Origin: a bacterium
Lineage (GTDB): Bacteria > Electryoneota > Electryoneia > Electryoneales > Electryoneaceae
Reading direction: 5' to 3'
NCBI GenBank assembly: GCA_963675295.2
Contig: CAXXKJ010000002.1
Location: 1,376,001 to 1,440,000 of the forward strand
Length of the DNA stretch: 64,000 nucleotides
Made by a program: the position numbers and the translations under genes. Position 1 is the first letter of the stretch. Each line of letters opens with the position of its first letter. The notes below the pieces were generated by a model, which did not search any database, was not told the origin of the DNA, and worked only from the letters and a program-made list of their open reading frames with translations. This document shows, piece by piece, positions 1-7,494 of this stretch.

Positions 1-1
1 G

Positions 2-100
2 GACCTGGACACCTACCGCCGCGACACCCCGCTCGATGATGATGTGACGATCTTCATCGCGAAGGGGGAAGTTTCAAACTTCATTCCCAATAATAAATGA
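2..100 (+). CDS. 3' end of a gene entering the window, probably a PP2C/SpoIIE (RsbU-like) phosphatase domain
   Basis: Frame 2 reads DLDTYRRDTPLDDDVTIFIAKGEVSNFIPNNK*; DDVT followed by hydrophobic residues resembles the SpoIIE C-terminal DDxT motif. Confidence 0.55.
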   Translation, partial: DLDTYRRDTPLDDDVTIFIAKGEVSNFIPNNK

Positions 101-1837
101 TCAATCTAATATACTTTCTACTATTTCAACTAGTGGTTCTATATCAGAAATCAATAAATTCGTTATAATATCACTATTTGAAACATCTATCATATATTTT
201 TTCTTGATATCACATCTAATATGTTTTATTACTTCTTTTCCTGGTACTAAAGCTGCCTTATTTGTATTCCATTTATTATTAAACGATAGTTTATGTTCTT
301 TAATTAGTGTTGATTCATCAATACCTCTTCTTTCCTTTTTATGATGCTTTAGATAAAACGACATATAATTAGTATCGCATTCATCAAAATATTCTTCTAA
401 TATGCTATCTATTAAATCTTCAATTTCGCTTTCTAATACTTCACTTCCCTTTTTTGTGAGTGCTTTATGTATCGCTTTGGAGTTAATCATATAATTTTCT
501 ATCTCTTTGACTGGTAATACCCATACAGAAACTCCTTCATCATTAATATGCGTTTTAAATAACTCATTTTCATCATCACAAAAATAATCAGAATCAAATA
601 CAGAATAATATTTCACTTTTTTAGAGCTCAGTAATTCAGTATGAGTCTCAATATGATCAAGCTGATTTGAACCACCTCTTCCACCTGTGGATTGTATAGC
701 GATATCTCGATCTCTCCTTGGTTTTGGATGACCAGTTGCAGCAGAGTAATATTGGCAAATATAGTTAAAATCTTTACCTTCTACGAATAACAATTTGCCT
801 AAATGAATGGCATTATAGAGGTTAATGTTGACCGTAACACCAATAGAATTTAGCAATGATTCTATTTGCCTGTGATCAACAAGTCTCTGAGATTTTCTTC
901 TACCTCTCTTGACTTGGATAATATCAGTTGGGTCAGCTTTATTTATTATCTCCAACGAATGTGTTGCCAATATTACTTGAACATTTAAATCAAATGCTAT
1001 ATCCATCAATTTATTTTGCATTGCTGGATGAAGATATGCGTCTGGTTCATCCATGACTAATACACCTGCATTAACACTTCTTGTCAAGGCTGATATCATT
1101 TGCAACCATATTTGAAAACCATGACCTGCCCATGCAATTTCTCTTCTATGTGATCCTTCATAAAAATTCATTTCCAAGTAAGTGTTTGTAATACCATCTT
1201 CTACAACCGTTTTCTTATGAGGTTTTCTTACAGATACAGAGGAATCCCATGATTCTCTCACCAGTTTGGCAAATTTGTCAAATGAATCGTCAAAATTATA
1301 CCAATAATTTCTAAAATGATAAGGACGAATATCGCGTACCGTCATGGATTTTAGATATTTTTCGCTAAGGACTTGTTCTCGAGGAGGAAACAGTGATAAT
1401 TCTCCAAAACAAATAATATTAGGTAATAAAACATCTTTAATTCTTTTAATACCAACATCAATATCATCATCATCGTATAATACAGCAGTATAACCATGAT
1501 CATCACTTATATTAATAACTAAATTATATCCAGATTTGAAATTAACACCTATAATAGTTTTATTATTTGTATTATTGCGTTTACAGCTTTTGTATGGAAA
1601 TGAATTAAAAGAATCAGGAAGATCAACCCCTTCAACTTCTGCATCATCAGTTGAAAACGTGCACCAATACCTCTTAGTGTGAATCATAGCATTTAATGCT
1701 TCTTCTGCTAATCTTAGAGCTCCTAATAGCGTTGATTTACCAGAATTATTGGGGCCAACTAGAATGTTTGTAGCATCAAAATCTAAAGAAAAACGATCAA
1801 AACCTTTTAAGTTTTGAACATATATGCTATTTATCAT
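101..1837 (-). CDS. ATP-dependent nuclease, OLD-like (ABC/AAA ATPase + TOPRIM); putative defence protein
   Basis: Walker A GPNNSGKS, Walker B VMDEPDAYLHP, H-loop ATHS, TOPRIM FVEGKD...GG...DSD, KEIENY; ATG at 1837 preceded by GAGGT; very AT-rich. Confidence 0.85.
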   Translation of the reverse strand: MINSIYVQNLKGFDRFSLDFDATNILVGPNNSGKSTLLGALRLAEEALNAMIHTKRYWCTFSTDDAEVEGVDLPDSFNSFPYKSCKRNNTNNKTIIGVNFKSGYNLVINISDDHGYTAVLYDDDDIDVGIKRIKDVLLPNIICFGELSLFPPREQVLSEKYLKSMTVRDIRPYHFRNYWYNFDDSFDKFAKLVRESWDSSVSVRKPHKKTVVEDGITNTYLEMNFYEGSHRREIAWAGHGFQIWLQMISALTRSVNAGVLVMDEPDAYLHPAMQNKLMDIAFDLNVQVILATHSLEIINKADPTDIIQVKRGRRKSQRLVDHRQIESLLNSIGVTVNINLYNAIHLGKLLFVEGKDFNYICQYYSAATGHPKPRRDRDIAIQSTGGRGGSNQLDHIETHTELLSSKKVKYYSVFDSDYFCDDENELFKTHINDEGVSVWVLPVKEIENYMINSKAIHKALTKKGSEVLESEIEDLIDSILEEYFDECDTNYMSFYLKHHKKERRGIDESTLIKEHKLSFNNKWNTNKAALVPGKEVIKHIRCDIKKKYMIDVSNSDIITNLLISDIEPLVEIVESILD

Positions 1838-1943
1838 CTTGGACCTCAACTCCGAGCTGATGTCTGTCCTAGTAAAGCTTCAGTATCGAATGCTGCGATG
1901 GTAAGAGATAGCTGCTAAGGATTCTTTGGCAAATACACCAATC

Positions 1944-1971
1944 AAGATACGTAAAAATTTCTGCTTGACAA
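1944..1971 (-). promoter_or_regulatory. Putative sigma70 promoter for the OLD-like gene
   Basis: Minus strand TTGTCA-N16-TATCTT about 110 bp upstream of the ATG. Confidence 0.45.
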
Positions 1972-1993
1972 CAGCTCTCGTTGTTCGTATTAT
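1965..1993 (+). promoter_or_regulatory. Near-consensus sigma70 promoter pointing into a non-coding repeat region
   Basis: TTGACA(1965-1970)-N17-TATTAT(1988-1993). Confidence 0.6.
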
Positions 1994-2184
1994 CCGTTGA
2001 ACATCCGTTCAGGCTCTGGGCGGATACCTCACCCAAACACACCACCCGCCGCACCAAATGCACCTCGCCGCCGTCAAACGCCTCGTGCTCACCCTGACCT
2101 CTGTCGTCAGAACCCTGCTTCACCGCGTCACGCCAGATGGGCTCCGCGGCGCGAGACAGCTGCCCTCCACCCATGCCTTCATCT

Positions 2185-2540
2185 CCACCCCGAAGGGGTG
2201 GCATCTGACTAGCTCCGGGTGTCAACCCGGGGATACGAATCGACCACCCACCCCCGTCGCAGCATCCGCCCTGAAGGGGCGGCATCTTACGAATCTTGGG
2301 AAGGATCGCTCAGCATGCTCACCCCATGATTCCACCCCGTCAGGGTGGAATCGCGTCACACCCACCCCAGCGGGGTGGTACGTGATTAGCCCTGGGATTC
2401 ATCCCGGGGAGACGGAATGCTCACCCACCCCCGCCGCAGCCCCCACCCCGAAGGGGTGGCATCTACGTAGCTCCGGGTGTCAACCCGGGGATACGAATCG
2501 ACCACCACCCCCCACTGCGGCCCCCGCCCTGAAGGGGCGG
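2185..2540. repeat. REP/BIME-like array of short palindromes
   Basis: Six CCRCCCYGAAGGGGYGG-type hairpins (2185, 2266, ~2332, 2362, 2443, 2524) and three TAGCTCCGGGTGTCAACCCGGGGA-type hairpins; 2185-2282 nearly duplicated at 2443-2540. Confidence 0.85.
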
Positions 2541-2546
2541 TACAGT

Positions 2547-2588
2547 GAGCCCCAAGCCCGAAGTCCCGAGCCCAGAGCCCCGCGTCCC
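2547..2588. repeat. Degenerate heptamer tandem repeat
   Basis: GAGCCCC AAGCCCG AAGTCCC GAGCCCA GAGCCCC GCGTCCC. Confidence 0.7.
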
Positions 2589-2634
2589 ACGCGATGATTC
2601 GTCCCCGATAACTCGCAATGCGTCCTGTGAACCG

Positions 2635-3192
2635 TTACGCGGCGACTTCCCGTCGGACGAGCAGGGTATGCAGGGCGGCGAAGAGCAGCAGGATTGCGGC
2701 GGTGACAAATCCGCAGCTGGCGTAGGCGGATGGGAGGAGGAACGCGAACAGGATTCCGGTGGCGATCATGAGGCCGGCGAGCACGGCGAAGGATTTCATC
2801 GCGTAGATGTAGACGAATGGCAGCCAGTGGGCACCAATCAGCACCGTGAACGCCGGGTAGAACAGGTGCTCACGGCCGCCGGCGGTCGCCATGAAGATCA
2901 GCGGCAGGCCCAGCGGAATGGTGAGCGCGATCCATGTATTCAGGACAGGCAGGCGGTTGGCTGGATCGGGGACAGGCAGTTTCAGCAGTTTCTCGCCGAG
3001 GGTCGCGATCGGGTGGATGAACATGCCACCAAGCAGCAGGACCAGCATGGAAAACGGGATCTGGCCAGCCGCTCCCAGTGTGGCGGAGATCAGCCACAGC
3101 AGTCCCTCAACCAGCAGGTAAACCGATCCGCCCCGATGACAATGGCGATACTCGCGGTGCGGATCGTGGAGGGCGCGGTTTAACGGTTCCAT
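2635..3192 (-). CDS. Multi-pass membrane protein (DUF7010-like)
   Basis: About 6 hydrophobic segments, GAHWLPF..Y motif; start moved to ATG 3192. Confidence 0.7.
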   Translation of the reverse strand: MEPLNRALHDPHREYRHCHRGGSVYLLVEGLLWLISATLGAAGQIPFSMLVLLLGGMFIHPIATLGEKLLKLPVPDPANRLPVLNTWIALTIPLGLPLIFMATAGGREHLFYPAFTVLIGAHWLPFVYIYAMKSFAVLAGLMIATGILFAFLLPSAYASCGFVTAAILLLFAALHTLLVRREVAA

Positions 3193-3299
3193 CTCATCAT
3201 GATACGGCCTGACCGCAGGTTTACCAACAGGGTAAAGGGGAACGACGTGGTTTAAGAACCAGACGCGCAAACGCACTCAGTACTGATTGTCGGATGCAC

Positions 3300-3911
3300 T
3301 CAGGCCTCGGCAGAGTACGGTGTCCGCCGATCCCGGCTCCAATGCAGGTATTTGCTAAGTTCATAGTCCACGTAGTTGGGGTCGAACTCTTCAGGATCGA
3401 AATCAATCTCGTCGTCACTCGTGGCACCCATCCACTCCAGAAAACGTTGGTATTCAGGGTGCTTCTTGTTTGCCAGAACGTCGAGGAACATTTCGTACCC
3501 GGGAGGGCCACCAATATCTTCCGGAGGGCAGCACCGGCTGCCGTCAACACAACTGATGGCCAGGTTAAACTCTACCGGCAGTTTGGGCAGGATTTTCTTA
3601 ACCGTCAGGGTATGCAACCAATCGTCCCCGAAGTCGTAGGTATAGGTGAACTTCATGCCCGGTTTCCGGACCACTGAACCCAGAATCACGTCACCTTCCT
3701 CGGCGCCATCTTCAGGCGATTCAGGATTCTCCGTATAGGTCTGCCCCTCAATGCTGAACATGTGCAGATGGGCATCCTCCCATCCCATGACGATCTGAAT
3801 AACATCGTGCAGCCGGTCCAGCGATATCGTATTCGGAACGATAAACTCCCTGAAAACAGACGGTTGAAGTCCCGTAAGTTCGATATGGATCTGGTAGAAT
3901 TCTTGTTTCAT
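3300..3911 (-). CDS. Plasmid pRiA4b ORF-3 family protein
   Basis: LHDVIQIVMGWEDAHLHMF, YTYDFGDDW, CPPEDIGG motifs. Confidence 0.9.
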   Translation of the reverse strand: MKQEFYQIHIELTGLQPSVFREFIVPNTISLDRLHDVIQIVMGWEDAHLHMFSIEGQTYTENPESPEDGAEEGDVILGSVVRKPGMKFTYTYDFGDDWLHTLTVKKILPKLPVEFNLAISCVDGSRCCPPEDIGGPPGYEMFLDVLANKKHPEYQRFLEWMGATSDDEIDFDPEEFDPNYVDYELSKYLHWSRDRRTPYSAEA

Positions 3912-4010
3912 TGTTGCTTCTCCTGTTTTGTGGTTGTTGTACGATGGTATGAAATGTAGGACGTGAAATCAGCCTTTCCATGCGCAATGTTTCGTTGGGG
4001 TACCGGCAGA

Positions 4011-4036
4011 GAAAACCCCGGGGCATATGCCCGGGG
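4011..4036 (-). terminator. Intrinsic terminator downstream of lysS-hicB
   Basis: CCCCGGG(G)CA/TGCCCGGGG hairpin followed by TTTTC on the minus strand. Confidence 0.55.
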
Positions 4037-4062
4037 CGAATCGGATGAAAATCGTAATTTAG

Positions 4063-4275
4063 TCAAGCGTAGCGCAGCTTACGTCCCTTCGGTTCCGGGA
4101 TGAGTCGTCCGGTTTCACGGGCAGTGTCGAGCCACAGCTCCATCGCATCACGTACGTTTTTCAGGGCGTCCTCGTGCGAGTCACCGTGCGCCAGGCAGCC
4201 CGGCAGTTCTGGAACTTCAGCAATGAAGAGTTGATCTTCTTCGTTCCAGTAAATGATAATCTCGTATTTCAGCAC
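4063..4275 (-). CDS. hicB: HicB family antitoxin (short form)
   Basis: YEIIIYWNEEDQLFIAEVPELPGCLAHGDS..EA....AMELW....IPEP. Confidence 0.9.
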   Translation of the reverse strand: MLKYEIIIYWNEEDQLFIAEVPELPGCLAHGDSHEDALKNVRDAMELWLDTARETGRLIPEPKGRKLRYA

Positions 4276-4305
4276 GAATCTTTGCCCGAGGCTGTTGAGT
4301 CAGTC

Positions 4306-4369
4306 TTTCGTCCGTTTTCGCAGTTTTCGTGGACGTCTTTTCTTCCGTGTATTCCGTGTATTCCGTGGT
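4306..4369. repeat. Two short 9-bp-period tandem repeats
   Basis: TTCCGTGTA TTCCGTGTA TTCCGTGGT (4343-4369) and TTTCG repeated at 9-10 bp spacing (4306-4333). Confidence 0.75.
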
Positions 4370-4379
4370 TGACCCGCCG

Positions 4380-5993
4380 TCAGTCGTCCTTCGGCTGATC
4401 CCGATCCCTCAGCAACGGAAACAGCACGACGTCACGGATCGACTGGCGGTTGGTCATCAGCATCACGAGCCGGTCGACGCCGAGTCCGAGTCCGCCCATG
4501 GGTGGCATGCCGAGTTCCATCACACCGAGGTAGTCTTCGTCCAGCGGCATGGCGTCGTCTTCGCCACCGGCGCGGGCTTTCTGTTGCGCTTCGAACCGTT
4601 CGCGCTGATCCGCCGGATCGTTGAGCTCGGAGAAGGCGTTGCAGATTTCGAAGCCGCCGACATAGCCCTCAAAGCGTTCGACGAGGCGCGGGTCGTCACG
4701 GTGCTTCTTCGCCAGCGGGCTGAGCACCAGCGGGAAGTCGACGACGAAGGTCGGCCGGGTCAGGGTCGGTTCGACCAGTTCGCTGAACAGTTCGTCCAGC
4801 ATCTTGCCGTGGGACGGATTTTTCGGCAGGTCGACGTGATGCTTCTTGCATATGGTGTAGACGTCGAGCTTCGACGCGCCGGTCAGGTCGGCACCGGTCA
4901 TTTCCTGCAACGCGCCGAAGAACTTGACCCGTGGCCACGGCGGCGTGAAGTCGATCTCGCCCTCGCCCCAGGGTACGACGTACGTCCCGTGCAGCGTCTT
5001 CGCGATGCCGGAGACCATGCGTTCGGTGAGGTCCATGACGTAGTTGTAGTCCTCGAACGCGACGTAGCATTCCATCATCGTGAATTCGGGGTTGTGGCTG
5101 CGGTCGACGCCCTCGTTGCGGAAGTCCTTGGCGATTTCGTAGACACGGTCGAGCCCGCCGGCGACGAGGCGCTTCAGGTACAGCTCGTCCGCGATGCGCA
5201 GGAACAGGTCCTTCTTCAGCTGGTTGTGATGCGTGGTGAACGGCCGCGCGGTACCGCCACCGTACAGCGGTTGCAGGACCGGGGTTTCGACCTCGAGGAA
5301 TCCGTCCTCGTCGAGGATACGGCGCATCTCGCGGATCACGATCGCGCGTTGGCGGAACACCTCGCGCTCGTCCGGGTTGACCACGAGATCGAGCGCACGG
5401 TTGCGGTAGCGTTCGTCCGGATCGGAATACTCGTGGTAGCGGCGGCCGGTTTCAGCGTCCTCTTTCACCACTGGCAGGGGACGGATGCACTTCGCGAGCA
5501 GCGTCCACTCGAGCACGTGGATCGACTGTTCGCCGGTCTTGGTCACCATCGGGTAGCCGCGAATCCCGATCCAGTCGCCGAGGTCGACCGCGCCCTTGAA
5601 CAGCGAATACGGGGACTTGGCGGGGTCGTCCACGTCCGGCGGGTTGATGTCGTCACGCTTGACGTAGAGCTGGATCCGTGCGGTGTCGTCGTACAGGTGC
5701 GCAAACGACGCTTTTCCCATCACACGCTTGGCGACGAGGCGTCCGGCGATCCGGACTTCGGTCGGCGCAGGAGTGGCGGCGGATTCGTCCGTCTGGCCGG
5801 CCATCCCGGCGGCGGCTTCTTCGACACCCGCTGCGCCCGCGGCTGGGGCACCGGTCAGTTCGTCCCACTGGTCGAAGATGTCACGGACACGGTGTGTGCG
5901 GTCGTAGGAGTACGGATACGGGTCAATACCGGCGTCGATCATGCGCTGCAGCTTATCCAGCCGGGCTTGGGTCAGGTCGTCTCGGGTTTCCAT
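4380..5993 (-). CDS. lysS: Lysine--tRNA ligase, class II
   Basis: FLEVETP, ARPFTTHHN, FRNEG..SHNPEFTM, GLGVDRLVM motifs. Confidence 0.97.
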   Translation of the reverse strand: METRDDLTQARLDKLQRMIDAGIDPYPYSYDRTHRVRDIFDQWDELTGAPAAGAAGVEEAAAGMAGQTDESAATPAPTEVRIAGRLVAKRVMGKASFAHLYDDTARIQLYVKRDDINPPDVDDPAKSPYSLFKGAVDLGDWIGIRGYPMVTKTGEQSIHVLEWTLLAKCIRPLPVVKEDAETGRRYHEYSDPDERYRNRALDLVVNPDEREVFRQRAIVIREMRRILDEDGFLEVETPVLQPLYGGGTARPFTTHHNQLKKDLFLRIADELYLKRLVAGGLDRVYEIAKDFRNEGVDRSHNPEFTMMECYVAFEDYNYVMDLTERMVSGIAKTLHGTYVVPWGEGEIDFTPPWPRVKFFGALQEMTGADLTGASKLDVYTICKKHHVDLPKNPSHGKMLDELFSELVEPTLTRPTFVVDFPLVLSPLAKKHRDDPRLVERFEGYVGGFEICNAFSELNDPADQRERFEAQQKARAGGEDDAMPLDEDYLGVMELGMPPMGGLGLGVDRLVMLMTNRQSIRDVVLFPLLRDRDQPKDD

Positions 5994-7153
5994 CCTTCAC
6001 CTTCGTAAACGCGGGGGACACGGGGTGTCCAGCCGCAGAGAATTTCGTACGCGATGGTACCGGCTTTGGTCGCCAGCTCCCAGGCGGAAATGGTGTCGCC
6101 GTTTTCGGTGCCGAGCAGAGTCGCCTGCTGGCCGACCGCCAGTTCGTCCTGGCCGGTGAACACCATCATCTGGTCCATCGAAATGTTGCCGACCGTGGGG
6201 TATCGTTTCCCACCGATCAGCACCTCGCCGATGTTGGACAGGTGGCGCGGGTAGCCGTCGCCGTAGCCCATCGGGAGCGTTGCCAGCCAGCCATCCTCGG
6301 GCGCGGCCCAGGTGTGCATGTAGCCGACACCGGTACCCTTGCGGATGCCCTTGAAGAAAACAATTTCGGAGTGTAAGGACATCGCCGGCTGCAAACCGAG
6401 CGTGTTCTCCAGGTGCGCTCCCGGCGGATAGCCGAACAGCGAGATCCCGGGCCGGACGGTGGTGAACAACGCGTCTGGCAGGTTGAACAACGCGCTCGAG
6501 TTCGCCATGTGAACGTTCTCGAACTCAATCCCCAGCTTGCGGCAGCCATTGATCACGTCGTGAAACTGTTCCAGCTGCTGCTTCGCGAGGGTGATGTCCG
6601 GTCCCTGGGCACGGACGAAATGGCTGAAGATCCCGACGAGGTCGAGGTTCGGCAGCCGCGCAACCTGTTCGGCGAAGGCGACGGCGTTGTCTGCACGCAC
6701 CCCGATGCGGTTCATCCCGGTGTCGATCTTGAGGTGAACCCGCGCGGTGCGGTGCATCCGTTGCGCTTCCTCGCTGATCTGCTCGGCCTTGTACAGGCTG
6801 GAGGCGGTCAGGTCGAGGTGGTAGTCGATGAAGTGCTTTGTCTGGTACCCCACCAGTCCGCCGAGCACGAGGATCGGCGCTTCGATCCCCGCCTGCCGCA
6901 GCAGGACCGCTTCCTCGAGGAAGGCGACGCCGAACATGTCCGCCCCTTCACGCGCGAACTTGAGTCCGGCGGGGATGAGGCCGTGGCCGTACGCGTTCGC
7001 CTTGAGGATCGCCATCACCCGCGCGCCCTTGGCGTGTTTGCGGATCACGCTGAGGTTGTGCGCGAGCGCGTCCAGGTCAACCCGCAGGTAGGTCGGGCGT
7101 TTCCGGAACAACGGCGGCATCTGGGCGTAGGGATTTGTCGTGATCGTGTGCAT
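5972..7153 (-). CDS. alr: Alanine racemase
   Basis: KANAYGHG PLP lysine, HLKIDTGMNRIG, GYGDG, SMDQ, TIAYE; start ATG 7153 (7120 is an alternative). Confidence 0.95.
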   Translation of the reverse strand: MHTITTNPYAQMPPLFRKRPTYLRVDLDALAHNLSVIRKHAKGARVMAILKANAYGHGLIPAGLKFAREGADMFGVAFLEEAVLLRQAGIEAPILVLGGLVGYQTKHFIDYHLDLTASSLYKAEQISEEAQRMHRTARVHLKIDTGMNRIGVRADNAVAFAEQVARLPNLDLVGIFSHFVRAQGPDITLAKQQLEQFHDVINGCRKLGIEFENVHMANSSALFNLPDALFTTVRPGISLFGYPPGAHLENTLGLQPAMSLHSEIVFFKGIRKGTGVGYMHTWAAPEDGWLATLPMGYGDGYPRHLSNIGEVLIGGKRYPTVGNISMDQMMVFTGQDELAVGQQATLLGTENGDTISAWELATKAGTIAYEILCGWTPRVPRVYEGEGWKPETT

Positions 7154-7494
7154 GGTCGGGAATATAGGGCCGCGAGGGGGAGCAGGAAACGTGGGACCGG
7201 GGACGGTCAATGGTATCCGGGGCTGTGGCACGCGGTGCACTGGCAGTTGTGTTTGGGACAGGGTGGGTGGGTTTCGACTGCTGGGTGGAAGACGTGAGAA
7301 AAATCAGCACGGAACCGATGGTATCGTCAAATAAACACATGCAATAGTCGGGATAGACTCTCCTAACAGTGACGAAACGTCATGTTTTCATTGAATGACT
7401 CATAAATGCCGTCTAGGTTAACTGATAGGGTTTGCGATAATCATCAGTGTATTCGCGTGAAACGGGTCGATGGATTTGCACGTGGGGGGAAACC

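Noticed and set aside
101-2100. Gabija or retron system
   Set aside because: No UvrD helicase or reverse transcriptase adjacent in the window
2185-2540. CRISPR array interpretation of the 81-bp-period repeats
   Set aside because: The ~32-bp linkers resemble each other rather than being unique spacers, the units are degenerate, and no cas genes are present
1869-2708. ORFs 1869-2285, 1997-2212, 2058-2597 and 2463-2708
   Set aside because: Translations of palindromic repeat DNA; low complexity, no SD sites or recognisable domains
101-4380. Integron cassette array
   Set aside because: No attC-like RYYYAAC...GTTRRRY pairs recognised between the genes and no integrase
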